From NCBI RefSeq assembly GCF_009834535.1, contig NC_045716.1:17918001-17982000 (forward strand): 64,000 bases of DNA, given 5' to 3'. Below the pieces are notes generated by a model. It was not told the DNA's origin, searched no databases, and saw only the letters and a program-made list of their open reading frames with translations. Every line of letters starts with the position of its first letter. Positions within the stretch are counted from its first letter, which is position 1. A program made the position numbers and the translations under genes. Positions 36,724 through 59,321 of the stretch are shown one piece after another. The DNA is from Camelus ferus (Eukaryota).

Positions 36724-36779
36724 CTTGGGAAGGGGCTGAGTGGCCGTGAGCTGGGAATCGGACGCTCTGACAGCACTGC

Positions 36780-36900
36780 GCAGCTGTGCTCTGCCAGCGA
36801 GCAGCTCCCTGACCACAGTTCCCCCCTTCCTGCCACGCCTTCCCCCAGCTCTGGCCCCTTCCCCTTCCTGCACTAGAGACCGGGCGGCTCCCGGAAGGAC
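36780..36900 (-). promoter_or_regulatory. FCER1G: FCER1G TATA-less proximal promoter with ETS and Sp1 sites
   Basis: Duplicated GCAGGAAGGGG(GG)AA at 36819-36833 and 36859-36871; GGGCGG 36882-36887; CCGGAAG 36891-36897. Consistent with known Sp1/GABP/Elf-1 control of this gene. Confidence 0.6.
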
Positions 36901-37361
36901 CAACTAAGGGAGCTAAGAGACCTGGGTTCTTATGCCTCCGTCCTTCAGTGACCAATCCCCTGCTACCAGGGAAAGAGGGGGCTCCCATGTTTGGGAAGCC
37001 CTGTTCATAGACAGATCCATGATAAACTGCCCCTTGAGATTCTAAGACCCCACAATAGCCCCCTTCTCTCCCATCTGGAACTTTGTACCCAATCTTGATT
37101 TGAGTTTACCAATTAATGTGGGCGGGAAGGGTTGGGAAGGCAGGGAAGGCAGGGGAAAACAGGAAACGAGGAATAGAGAAGTGGAAAGGCAAAGAGTCAG
37201 AAAAGGGGGCGGAGATAAACAGGAAAAATTTCTAAGGACTGAGTCTAACAGAGAAGTGGACAGTTAACAAATACTCATTAAGTTTCCCATCAAAGTGAAA
37301 GACAATAAGATACTGAGAAAGACATACCAGACGTCTGTGCATGGGGCCAGAAGGTGGTTAA

Positions 37362-37367
37362 TTTATT
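37362..37367 (-). terminator. NDUFS2: NDUFS2 polyadenylation signal AATAAA
   Basis: tttatt on plus, 150 nt past the stop codon. Confidence 0.75.
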
Positions 37368-37517
37368 ATAATTTCTCTTTTTTCAGTACATGCATAGAAA
37401 GCCTGACAACTAAGCATTCATGTACGTGTACACACACACACAGAGGCCCATTTCCAACAATGGACAGACTCCGCAAACGATGCAGGCAGGCAGGGAGATC
37501 CAATGCTGTCCCTCTGC

Positions 37518-46150
<8,633 letters not shown>

Positions 46151-49100
46151 TCTTCCCCATGCCCGATCTGTGCTGCCCCGCTGCTGTAGCCCTGCTCTCC
46201 AGCTGTGTCTGAGCGCTGCTCTCCTCGGTTAGCGCCAGACTTTGCCAATGACCTCCCTGTCCCTCAATCCAAAAGATTTGGAGCGGGGAAAGCCAGCTAA
46301 TTTCCAGATGGCCTAAATGGATTAGGAAAGGGGTCCCAAATGGGGCTGGGCGGGTCTAAGAGCTCCAGCCAAAACTAAAAAAAAAAAAAAAAAAAAAAAG
46401 GTAGGACGCCAAGGCCACTAGCATTGGGGCCGGCTGCCAGGGTGTGTAGGAGCCACCTCACCCCAGTTGAGGAGAGAAGATCCCTTGTGGGTAACCCTGA
46501 TATCTGCCAGGCTTCCATAGAATTACAAACCCAGGCAGTGGCTTGCACTCCACTTCCATCCTGGGTCAGTCTCTTTTACCTCATATCTTTCTGACCTGGC
46601 CTCAGTCCCCGCCAACGGCATAGAACCACTAGGAGTCTGATCCCAATTCTGTATGAAAGAGACAAAGAAGACTTCTCCAGCCTTGGAGCTAGTTCCTGTT
46701 CTCTCCCTCTGTCCCCAAGCCCAGCTCCAGCTGGGCCACCCGTTTAGTTTGCACATCCCTCCCACTTGGGGCCTGGAAAGAGGCCTTCCCCAGATCTCCC
46801 CTAGACAGGGTTCCTGTGGCAGGGTGGAGCAGACAGACCAGGAGAGTGGCAGAGACAGAATTCTTAGCTGCAAAGAAAGAGAGCAAAGCCAGACTTCTAG
46901 CCTGGGAGTTGACCTAATGGGAACTGTACCAAAGGGTGGGGCCATATCCCTGGCTGCGGGAACTGACTGGGACCTGGGTAGGCTGGGCAGTCCCCACAGA
47001 GCCAGACAGAGGGCCTGCCCCCCTGCCCTCCTCATTCCCCAACCTCTTCCTGGACCTTCTCTCCCTCTATAGTTGGAACGCAGTGAATACAGTGATAGCG
47101 AGGGAGGACAAATGAGGAGAACTGCATTTATTTGCCCTAATCCATCCTGGAAGAAGTCAGGACAGACTCTGAGCTGCTTGGCCCAGGGGGCAACTTGAGC
47201 TGCAACTAGGGTGAGGGATCCTGGGGGCTGTCTAGGACACTGAATCTTTTGTGCCTTCTCCTTGCTGCCAACACCCCCCACACACACTGCTGTTGGGACT
47301 CTAAGGCCCTTTGTCTGTCACTGCTTAGTCACCCCCTTTGTCCTCATCTCAGTTAGGGGGGTGGAAAGGGGCAATAAGAGTCCTCTGGTGATAGCTCCTC
47401 TTGCCCCTGCCCCTTCTGGTCTCCCATCCTTTGTCTGACTCCTGCAGCCCCAACCCCCTCCACTTAGGACTAGGGTCAGGGCATGTGGTGGTCAAGAGGT
47501 GGGCCTAGCAGTCAGAAGGGGGTGGGTGATACAGGAAGTGATGGACACCAAGGCAGGTATTAGTGACCTGAGCAGGAAGGGAGTGGGAAAGGAAGTACAA
47601 TGGCGGATGTGATGTGGAGCACAGGAGGTGACAAGGCAGAGAGTGAATAGAATGGGGGCAGGGGCAGGTGGTCTGCCTCCGGGAAAGGAAAGTGCTGACT
47701 GTACTCTCCTTCCTGGGGATATCCTGGGGAAAGGAGTGGCCATAGCATGGGGTGAGCAGAAATTGCCCCTACTTCTGAACCCTTTACTTCCTTGCCTTGA
47801 GAGTCCACCCCTAAGACTTTGCTGAGTTCTCTCCAGTCCAGAACCAAGGGAATCATTTTGCTTCCTTTCCCTAACACCACCTCTTCCTTCCCAAGCACTC
47901 TCCCCATCCCAGGCACTGGGTTTCTTTTTCTCTCAGTACCCTGATTTTTCTGTGAACACAATGCTGCATCCACCCTCTCCCTGTCCCCTGGGGAATGAGA
48001 AATAAAAGATTACTAGACATTCCAGGAACTGTAGGGTTCTTGCTGGGACAAGGTGGGGCCAAAAAAGGGAACCAGGTGGGGATTCCCTCCTTTGTATTGA
48101 CACAGGGTGCATCTGGGTTCCTGAGAGGGAGAAAATCATTCCTGTGCTGGGGACTGGCTGACTTGAGGCTGGAAGAGGGTTCAGGGCAGTTGGGAGTGGG
48201 TAGGAGCAGGGCCAAAAGCCTGGGGGAAGCTACTGGGAGCTGGGCCAGAGAAATGGGGAGTCAGGAAGTGGGAAGGGGGAACCTTGGAGGGAATGGAGGC
48301 TTAATGGCTGTTTGGGCTTTGGAGGGGGTGGGGAGTGGTAACTCAGGAAGGGGGAGCCAGAGGGAGAGAAGAGACATTAGGGAAGAGGATGTACCACTCT
48401 GGATCTTCCTTCTATAAAAGGAAAAGTTATTAACCCCTCCTGCCTTGTCCTCTGCCCGCTCCATGTGCCCATTCTAACCAGACTCATCCTACCTTTGGGC
48501 AGTACATTCCCTGGTCACTGTCTTCTTGCCTGCCCCCTCTCCCTGCCTCCTGTACTCTCTCCAGCTTCTTGGTCCCATCCTGAGCCATGTCAAACCACCT
48601 CCTTTCTTTGTTCTGCCTTCCTGGATGCTTCCTTACCTGTTCCCCACCCTCTTTCCCTAGCAGCTCATTCAGTTCCCTCAGCCCTGGAAACCAGCCTCTA
48701 AGGGCAGAGGGCAGCAGAGGGATCCCTGAGAAAAAGGAGGCCGTGCCAGGTTAGATAGTGAGAGCGAGAATTCTCCTGGGACCATGGTCCTTTCTGTGCG
48801 TATTGGTTGGGCCCTTTCCCTGNNNNNNNNNNNNNNNNNNNNNNNNNNNNNNNNNNNNNNNNNNNNNNNNNNNNNNNNNNNNNNNNNNNNNNNNNNNNNN
48901 NNNNNNNNNNNNNNNNNNNNNNNNNNNNNNNNNNNNNNNNNNNNNNNNNNNNNNNNNNNNNNNNNNNNNNNNNNNNNNNNNNNNNNNNNNNNNNACAAAA
49001 ATTAGGAGTTTGGGAAGCAATGAGACACTCATTTGAGTCCTACCAACAAAGCTCCTGGCTGAATGGCTTATAGCTCAGCCAATCATAGCAGCTCGATACG

Positions 49101-49559
49101 ATTAAAAGAGCTGGCGCGGACAGAGGCTGGGAAGAACCCACAGGGAGACCCACAGACACACAGACACAGGAGAGAGAGGAGAGAGACAGAGACAAAGGCT
49201 TGGCGGCAGAAGGAGGCAGAGAGAGGGCAGGCACAGAGCAAAGGCAGACAGAGTCTGAGAAAGTGCAGAGGGAAAGGGGAGAGAAGCTGCAGAAGACACG
49301 GGCAAGGAGAGACAAAGATCCAGGAAAGGGACTGTGGGAGGAGAGTTTGGAGGAGCCAGACAACTAGGCACCTCTCCTAAGCCTAAGAGCCAAGTTTTCT
49401 CCATCTCCTCGGAAGGTCCCCAGCCCCTCTGAAAACTCTGCCTCTGACCCTGGCATGAGTCCGAGCCCCCAGGCTACAGAGAGGAGCTTTCCAAAGCCAG
49501 GGCAGGGAGGACTTGGTGCCCAGACGGCCTCAGTCCGTCCCAGCTGCAGCACCAGTGCC

Positions 49560-52500
49560 ATGTCCCGGACGGACTCGCATCCCGGGAGGGGCTTGGCGGG
49601 GTGCTGGCTGTGGGGAATCCAACCCCGCCTGCTGCTCCCCACTGTGCCCTTCTCAGAGCTGGTGCTGCTGCTTCTGCTGCTGCTGGCCTCCCTCCTGCCC
49701 TCAGCCCGGCCGGCCAGCCCCCTCCCCCGGGAGGAGGAGATCGTGTTTCCAGAGAAACTCAACGGCAGCATCCTGCCTGGCCTGGGCGCCCCTGCCAGGC
49801 TTTTGTACCGCTTGCCAGCCTTTGGGGAGACGCTGCTACTAGAGCTGGAGCAGGACCCAGGCGTGCAGGTTGAGGGGCTGACGGTACAGTACCTGGGCCA
49901 GGCGTCTGAGCTGCTGGGCGGGGCAGAGCCCGGCACCTACCTCACTGGAACCATCAACGGAGATCCGGAGTCGGTGGCATCTCTGCACTGGGATGGGGGA
50001 GCTCTGTTAGGGGTGCTGCAGTATCGAGGTACCGAACTCCACATCCAGCCCCTGGAGGGAGGCACCCCTAACTCTGCCGGGGGGCCTGGGGCTCACATTC
50101 TACGCCGGAAGAGTCCTGCCAGCGACCAGGGCCCCATGTGCAACGTCAAGGCTCCTCCCGGGAATCCCAGCCCCAGCCCCCGAAGAGCCAAGGTAGGCAG
50201 CCCTGGAATCTGTGTCCTGCAGTGTCCTCCTGCCATGTCTGTCCTACTGACCTCTATTCACCTTCTCTCCACCCACTTTACTTCTGGCTATTCTGCTTCT
50301 TCCCTCCCTTCTGCCTGCTTTTTTCTCTTTCCACTAGCTCCTTTCCTGGAAGGTTCTGGCTTCTCCCTGCCCCAACCCTTCTCCTAGCCAGACTGCTGGT
50401 CCCAGGGGGCTTCCCAGAGGTGGGTCAGAGACTCTGTGCTGGGAATGACCACTCCACTCCCTATCCCCTCCCCACCCCTGCTGGCCATGGCATCCTACTG
50501 ACACAGTCCCCAACAATGAAGCCCTCCTAACAGCCCTTTGGCCTTGACTGTTTTCTGTGCCCCAAATTTGATTTTCACTCCCATCACTAGTTAGAGGAGT
50601 GAGGTTTGAGGCCCAGGGAATTGGCCTCTGGATTCGGATGCTGCCTTCAAAATTGTCCTGGCACACTGCAGACTAGGGCAGGAGTGGACAGGGGAAGAAA
50701 GGCATCCTGAACCCCCTCCTGGTCAGTCCCCTTCCCACACTGTGNNNNNNNNNNNNNNNNNNNNNNNNNNNNNNNNNNNNNNNNNNNNNNNNNNNNNNNN
50801 NNNNNNNNNNNNNNNNNNNNNNNNNNNNNNNNNNNNNNNNNNNNNNNNNNNNNNNNNNNNNNNNNNNNNNNNNNNNNCGCTGAGATCTGGCCCTGGCCCT
50901 AGCTGCTGACTGAATTGTTCCTCCCACCACACAGGGCAGACACGTTGCAGCCCAGCCTTCTAGCCCCAGTCCTGCAGGCCCCAGCCACACTCAGGCCTGG
51001 GGGACCCCACAGTCCCTCCCAGAGGCAGTCCCAGCTGCTTTTCACCAGGGGGGCCCACATAGCTCTGGGACGTGGCATCCCCATCTCCTCCCCTTCTTAG
51101 AATCAACAGATGATTTCTCAGAGTTACCACAAAAGCCCTGGGATTTGGGGTTGAGGGGAAGGCCCAACCAAGACCCATCAGGAATCCCGTGGGATGGATA
51201 TATGTGGACCAGCTGTCTCTGCTGAGTTCCAGACCCAGGAAGTAAGGGAGGGGAAAAGTGATCCATGGGTCTGGGATATTTCAGTGTCTTCCCCTATTTT
51301 TTCCTCTCCAGCGCTTTGCTTCACTGAGCAGATATGTGGAGACTCTGGTGGTAGCAGATGACAAGATGGCGGCATTTCATGGTGCAGGTCTAAAGCGCTA
51401 CCTGCTGACAGTGATGGCAGCAGCGGCCAAGGCCTTTAAGCACCCCAGCATCCGCAACCCCGTCAGCTTGGTGGTGACTCGGCTAGTGATTCTGGGGCCG
51501 GGTGAGGAAGGGCCCCAAGTAGGGCCCAGTGCTGCCCAGACCCTGCGCAGCTTCTGTGCCTGGCAGCGAGGACTCAACACCCCCGAGGACTCGGACCCTG
51601 ACCACTTCGATACAGCCATTCTGTTTACCCGTCAGGTGAGGCCCTAATCAGCACCACAGGCCATGCACTGCATGACTCCAAGAAGCACCACTGCATCAAC
51701 TGTGATGTAAGTGGTGCCTCTGGAGTTGTTCAGCATGGTACCTGGCTCCAGACACTCTATCAATGCTTTCTGGGCCCTGACGATGCTGGGTACTCAGTGC
51801 CCAGGTCCCCAGTAATCTGGATCTCAGCCCAGTGGACCCTGGTGTCTTGGTTCCTCATGCATCTTCCATGATCCCTCTCCACAGGACCTGTGTGGGGTCT
51901 CTACTTGTGACACTCTGGGCATGGCTGATGTGGGCACTGTGTGTGACCCGGCTCGGAGCTGTGCTATTGTGGAGGATGATGGGCTCCAATCAGCCTTCAC
52001 TGCTGCTCATGAACTGGGTACGTTAGGGGTGTGGTCATGGGCCACCTGTAATGGGTGAGAGAGGTATCACAGGGTGAGGTGAGGAGACAGTGAGCTCACC
52101 AGGGTGCAAATGGGAGTCACAAAATGTTTCTTCCTCCTCCCCAGCTCTAGGTCTGGGGCCATTATCCTTCTTCACTCTGGGTATAGACAAACATTTAGAT
52201 TTTTCTATTAAATGAGATGGTGTGTAGAAAGCTACTGTGAACTCTGTGTGTGTGTTTGTGGGAGGAGTGGTGCAGAATTGAGAGAGAGATTATTCACAAG
52301 AGTCAGTGATGGAGTGGGTGGTGTCAGGGCTGGGATGCTGGCTATAAGAAAAAGTGGGTAGGGAGAGGTGCTGAGGGTATGATGGGAGAAGGGGAGACAG
52401 AGTAATGAGGGCTAGATATTGAGAAGCCCTCAGAGGATCAGAAGAGGATTTCGGGCAGGGTGGGATCTGATCATCCAAAGCTGCAATCAGGTTTATGATG

Positions 52501-55500
52501 GGCCTGCAGCCCCCTGAGGGCACAGGGATGAGACCCTTGGACTCTAACAGGGTCTCTGGTTTCACAGGCCATGTCTTCAGCATGCTCCATGACAACTCAA
52601 AGCAATGTGTGGGTCTGAATGGACCTGGGAGCACCTCTCGCCATGTCATGGCTCCTGTGATGGCTCACGTGGATCCCGAGGAGCCCTGGTCCCCCTGCAG
52701 TGCTCGCTTCATCACCGACTTCCTGGACAATGGCTACGGTAAGCAGACAGCACTCCCCTTTCCCTGTGCAGGACTCAGTTCCTGGCCCTCTCTGTACCCT
52801 CTCCTCTGCCACATTCCACATGGACTCCCTCAAAATTGACTCCCTCAAATGTGCTTCCTCTGCAGTGTGGGATGGGGTGAGAAATGCTGCTGTCTTTGTG
52901 TGGTCCCCACTCGCTCTCTGAACCAATAGGACTGCTAAGGGAAGCAAGTTTTGGCTCAATAGATTTAGAACTGACCTTCTGAGAGCCAGAACTGTCCAAC
53001 AGTAGAATGGGCTAGCTGTAAAGGCGGTGACTGCCTTGTCACTCAAGGTGTGCAAGCCTGGCAGGATGACTACTACTGAGCAGGGATGTTGGTGAGAAGC
53101 AGACTCAAGAATTCTGTTGTTAGTTAGAATATGTAGGAAGACTCAATGCTTTGAGTTCTTATCCTGATCCTGTTCTTTAGATGTGTGTAGATGTGTGGCT
53201 GTGAGTAAGTGACTTTACCTCTGTGTAGCTGATCTGTAAAACAGGCGTAATAATAATAACAACCATAATTACCTCATAGATGTTGGCCATGATTAAATGA
53301 GATGCTGTTGGTCAAGCATTTAGCCAACACAATCACATAATAAGCATCCACTAAACTGTAGCTGCTATTTAAAGCTTCTTCCAGCTCTAGGACTGGGATT
53401 TTAGGATTCATCAAGCCCCAGGGAGCCCAAGGTTTCAGCTGGCAATCAGCTGGCACCCCTTCAGCCAATTGCTGACTTTATACCCCTTGCTTCTTCCCAG
53501 GGCACTGTCTCTTAGACAAGCCAGAGGCTCCCCTACATCTGCCTGTGACTTTCCCTGGCAAGGACTATGATGCTGACCGCCAGTGCCAGCTGACCTTCGG
53601 GCCTGACTCACGCCATTGTCCGCAGCTGCTGCCGCCCTGTGTTGCCCTCTGGTGCTCTGGCCATCTCAATGGCCATGCCATGTGCCAGACCAAGCATTCA
53701 CCCTGGGCTGATGGTACCCCCTGTGGGCCTTCACAGGCCTGTATGGGTGGCCGCTGCCTCCACATGGACCAGCTCCAGGACTTCAATGTGAGATCCCAGG
53801 GCAAGAGTGGGGCAGAGGGCCTCAGGGAGTGGGGACTGGCCCCAAGCCGAGAGAGTATTTATCCCACTTTTCCATTCTGTCTTTCTGTAGATCCCACAGG
53901 CTGGTGGCTGGGGTCCCTGGGGATCGTGGGGTGACTGCTCTCGGACCTGTGGGGGTGGTGTCCAGTTCTCTTCCCGGGACTGCACGCGGCCCATCCCCCG
54001 GAATGGTGGCAAGTACTGTGAGGGCCGCCGTACCCGCTTCCGTTCCTGCAATACCCAGGACTGCCCAACTGGCTCAGGTGAGGAGAGGGAGGGATGAGAG
54101 CCCTTGGGAGGGATTGGTAGAACAAAGAATTGTCCCTTGAGTTCAAGGACCAAGGAGGTGTTGACTGTCCCTGCTGTTGAGGGTAGTGACTTTACCCTTC
54201 AGGAACCTTTCCTGGCAGTCTGTGGGGAAGAGAGGTGCCATGCTGTCCAGGGGTCTGAGAGGCTAGATGGAGGGGCTGGAGAGGGCAGTGGAAAGAGAGA
54301 GGGGCTCTGACTGTCCATTTTAACCCTACAGCATTGACCTTCCGTGAAGAGCAGTGTGCTGCCTACAACCACCGCACTGACCTCTTCAAGAACTTCCCAG
54401 GGCCCATGGACTGGGTCCCTCGCTACACGGGTGTGGCCCCCCGGGACCAGTGCAAACTCACCTGCCAGGCCCAGGCACTGGGCTACTACTATGTGCTAGA
54501 GCCACGGGTAAGGGCCCCCAGATCCTGTCTGTGCTCACACACTGCCCAACAAGCCCTCTACTTTTTGATTGTAAAGATCCAAAACAGCAGCATTGCTGGC
54601 ATTCCCACAGCCACGCCCAGCCAGCCTAGGGGCCCACTCAGACTTCTTTGTCCATGGGTATTTGGAAAACAAGCCCTAGACTCCAGATAAGTTGCCAGTT
54701 TGGCAGCTCTAGCTGTCCCATTTCCCTTGGTTTCTTTTTCTCTGTCTCCCCATCTTCCAGTGCTCCATTCATGAGAATGGAATTGTGTGGCCTTTTGGGC
54801 AAGTCTTTGACCCTCTTTCCATGGGCTCCTCTGTCAAATTACAGTGGTAGCCTCAATGAGCTTATGGTTGGCCAGTCCCTCACTGAACAGGCCTCTTGGA
54901 GACAGTGATGTCCCTGCACTCCCTCTCTGTGATAGGGCCGTAGGTTGAGGCTGAAGAAGGAACAAGCCTAGCAGTTTTGCAGCCTTCACCCCCATCCTGG
55001 GAAGAATGCCTATAGGTTGGCTGCCCTCTAGCGTCCAGCCAGGATGGTACCACCAAAGTTTAGGGCTTGGTGTTGGAACTCAGACCTGCAATTGGCGTGT
55101 TGGCTTCTCCACTTGCCAGCTGTGTACCTTTGGGCAAGCTCCTAATCTTTCTAAACCTCAGGGTTCCATCTCTACAAACCTCAAATAGTGGTTTTGAGGT
55201 TTAGATAGCATTTAGCACAGTGCCTAATTCATACTGAGTGCTCTGAAAATGGTGGCTTTTACTATTATCATTATGATTATCATCCCTTACAGTGGCTAGG
55301 GTTCCCTCCACAGTCCATCCACTTCCCCTGTCTGATGAGATAATGGTCTTGTTTGGCTTACCAACCCCTTTTGACTCAAGAAGACCCTTTGCATCACTCC
55401 TTCTCTCTTCCTCAGGTCGTAGATGGGACCCCCTGTTCCCCAGACAGCTCCTCGGTCTGTGTCCAGGGCCGCTGCATCCATGCCGGCTGTGACCACATTA

Positions 55501-56467
55501 TTGGCTCCAAAAAGAAGTTTGACAGATGTATGGTGTGCGGTGGGGATGGTTCTAGCTGCAGCAAGCAGTCTGGCTCCTTCAGAAAATTCAGGTTCATCCA
55601 CTGTTTCCTCCTCTCATCTTCCTGGACATTATTCTGGGCCCTGGGTTACAGAGGTGAACTCAGCACTGTTTAGCCTCTCAAAGAGCTTAGCTACAGTCTA
55701 GTGTGGGAGACAGATAAGTAAGCAGTTGTAGCACAGTGTCCCACCTGTTCAAAGGTGTCAGCCTGGGCTGCTGTGAGGGCCCTTGTGGGCATCAGGGAAG
55801 GCTTCTGCAGGAAGTGACTTCCCTCCTGGAGGAAGAGTACGAATTGGACCGGCACCAAGGGGCAGCAGGTCTAAAGGCCCAGAGATAAGAGGGAGAAGGG
55901 CACGTTTGCAAGTAGCTCAGATCTAGGCTGGACAGCTTATATCTACACACACATATACACACATATAATCATACAAACAGCTCAGAAAGGCTGAGAGGAT
56001 TCAGGAAGATGCTGAGTTCCCCTCTACTCCTTCTACACAGGTACGGATACAACGATGTGGTCACTATCCCAGCAGGAGCCACCCACATCCTGGTCCGGCA
56101 GCAGGGAACCCCTGGTCTCCGGAGCCTCTACATGGCCCTGAAGCTCCCAGATGGCTCCTATGCCCTCAATGGTGAATATACGCTGATACCCTCCGCCACA
56201 GACGTGGTACTGCCGGGGGCCGTCAGCTTGCGCTACAGCGGGGCCACTGCAGACTCGGAGACACTGTCAGGCCACGGGCCCCTGGCCCAGCCCTTAACGC
56301 TGCAGGTCCTGGTGGCTGGCAACCCCCAGAACGCACGCCTCCGGTACAGCTTCTTCGTGCCCAGGCCAGCCCCTTCGACGCCACGGCCCACGCCCCAGGA
56401 CTGGCTGCACCGCAAGGCGCAAATTCTGGAGATCCTCCGGCGGCGTTCCTGGGCGGGCAGGAAATAA
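49560..56467 (+). CDS. ADAMTS4: ADAMTS4 (aggrecanase-1) preproprotein, 837 aa
   Basis: Exons 49560-50192, 51312-51635, 51885-52017, 52568-52738, 53501-53787, 53891-54077, 54332-54507, 55416-55591, 56041-56467 (2514 nt). Cysteine switch PMCNVK, furin site RAKR/FASLS, zinc motif [15 protein letters not shown]1 [14 protein letters not shown]-terminus RRRSWAGRK*. Confidence 0.98.
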
Positions 56468-56919
56468 CCTCACCATCCCGGCTGCCCTTTCTGGGCACCG
56501 GGGCCTCGAACTTAGCTGGGAAAAAAGAGGAGGCTCTGCAGCTGCCTCATGCGGAGACACAGTGGGGGAGGGGCTGTGAGGGTGAGCCCCGCCCCCTTCT
56601 CTGCCCTGACGCGCAGGCTGGCCCTGCCCTGGTTTCCTGCCCTGGACGGCAGTGATAGGTGGAAGGGGCTGGGAGACAGTCCCCTATCTAAACTGCCCCC
56701 TCTGCCCTGCTGGTCACAGGAGGGAGGGGGAAGGCAGGGTGGGCCCCAATTGTATTTATTTAGTATTTATTCACTTTTATTTAGCACCAGGGAAGGGGAT
56801 GAGGGCTAGGGTCCTGGGGAAACTGACTGCCTGCCCTCATGGCCCTCACCCCAGCTAGGAAATCCAGGGTGGTACTGATAGGTGCAAGTGATCTGTGTAT
56901 GTGTATGTGTGTGAGAAAA

Positions 56920-56951
<32 letters not shown>

Positions 56952-56963
56952 CGTGTGTGCGTG
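56920..56963. repeat. (TG)n microsatellite in ADAMTS4 3' UTR
   Basis: Directly visible, with CG interruptions. Confidence 0.95.
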
Positions 56964-58845
56964 AGGTTCATCCTGCCCAGCTTTCCTCTCTCTGAATTTT
57001 ATTTTCTGGGAAAGGAATATTTTCAGGGAGTAAGGGATTATCATATTTTTAAAATATAAATTGAATTCTACTATTTATATGCTCCTTTTGGAGTCAGACA
57101 AATGTGGGTTGCACCCTGACTCCACATCTCTGAACATTAGTTTCCTCATTTGACAATAATAATACCTCCCTTGTAAGGATTAAATAATGTAAATAAAGAA
57201 CTAGCATAATGCCTCGCACTTGGCAAGTGCTCAACAAATGGCAGCTGCTGTCAGTTATTATCACCACCCTACTGTCCACCTCCACCGTCCATGGCGTCTG
57301 CAGTGCATTTGGAGGTGGCAGAGACCTGTGTCACTGGTGCCTGCCCTTACCCCCAGGCTCAGTTCCTTTGGTTGGGAGAACCCTAGCCTGGATTCCGAGG
57401 GACTGTCAGAGAAAGGACGATTCTGTCCCTGATCTCTGGAGGCTCCCAACCACACGGAGATGGAGGTGTAGTAAACACTTGGCTACAAGCACAATTTATA
57501 AGAACATGAAGGTGCAAAGATAACAACAACAACGACTTTAATACAAACAAGTGCTTAGTAATGAAAGTTCTAGTTGAGGGGATTTGGTGGTAGGGAGCTG
57601 TCACAAAAAGAGCACTGGAGGGGGAGCCAATGAGTCTGAATCTGAGTTGGGGTTCAGCGTCTTATTAGCTGGTAGTGTTGGGTAAGTCACGGATGCTGAG
57701 TCTTAGGTTGTCCATATGTGCAAGGGGGCTAAAAATAGGTCCTGTTCCCACAGGGTTGTTCTCAACAAGTGTTACAGTATTTTCAAAATAGTGGAGGCTG
57801 TATCCGAGTGAGAGGTTACCCTCCTAACTACTGAGTGTCTGGCTCAGGGTCCCCAGAATCAAACAGTGTAAACCCAGCAGACTTCTTTGAAGATGCAAGG
57901 TTAGAATGGAATTTAATAAGAGGAGTAGGGGCGGAAAAAAAAGGCATGGAGAAGGAATTGAGATGAGGGGGAGCCAGCTGTGCAGTGGTGGCAAAACACC
58001 TGAAGGGCAGAAAGTGCTAGAAACAGCTCTACTTTTCCTTCTGAGCAGGTGAATTTCCTTAATAAAGAACTTGGGCAGTCCTGTGTGTGTCATGGAGGGA
58101 ACAGTGTTGGACAAGGGTGGCAGGTGATTCCTGCAAGAATCTGTAGTCCTGAGTGGCAGTAGCAGGACTGCTAGGAATTGGGAAGGGCTAAATGTGAAGG
58201 TGAGGGAGGATCTATAGGTAAAGAAGACTTTGAAGTGGGAATGGAAGAGGGGACATGGGAGAACTAGAAGTGCTCCACTCTGCTGTCGTAGCTCTTAGCT
58301 GGGCTGCCAAACATTGCTTGGGCTCTGGTGCTGGGGCTAGGAGGTTAAGACAGGCTATGGAGAATGTAGTGATTGTGTGCACTATGCTCACTGGGGCTGG
58401 GCTTTGCTGATGAAGTTCTATACCAGGCAGTGTCCTACACAGTTCTGTGACTTTATACCACCCAGCATGGCACTTACTCTCTTGGCAGCACTGGGAACGG
58501 GGCCACCCCCTACTCTGCTTAGCCTCTTCTCTTCAGTCTGCATGGCCCCCACTGCTGTGCTGGGGCCCTGGCCCTTCCTCCTGTCTTCCTACCAGCCAGG
58601 CTAGAGGAGGAAGAAACAGGAGAGTGGCACAAGGCCAGAGTGATCTTCACCTGTTTCATCTAATTAACAAAATTGGGCCCTCAGTAACACAGTTACAGAC
58701 CTTAATACTATGAGCTCATGGTACAGTATGCAGAGCTCTGTGCTGAGTAGATGTGAGGCTACAAACACAAACAATATATGACTAAAGATGCTCACTGCAA
58801 TCTGGGCGAAGGTTTTGTACCCAAAGATAAAGAATGGACAATACA

Positions 58846-59321
<476 letters not shown>

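Noticed and set aside
46377-46399. A23 tract between NDUFS2 and ADAMTS4
   Set aside because: No TSD or element body; treated as a simple homopolymer.
46523-47287. 254-aa minus-strand ORF
   Set aside because: Starts at GTG, low-information composition, no homology that I recognise, no clear exon structure.
49364-49936. 190-aa ORF antisense to ADAMTS4 exon 1
   Set aside because: Shadow frame of a GC-rich coding exon.
51042-51056. CTCF-like TCACCAGGGGGGCCC in ADAMTS4 intron 1
   Set aside because: An extra G displaces the conserved C; too weak to include.
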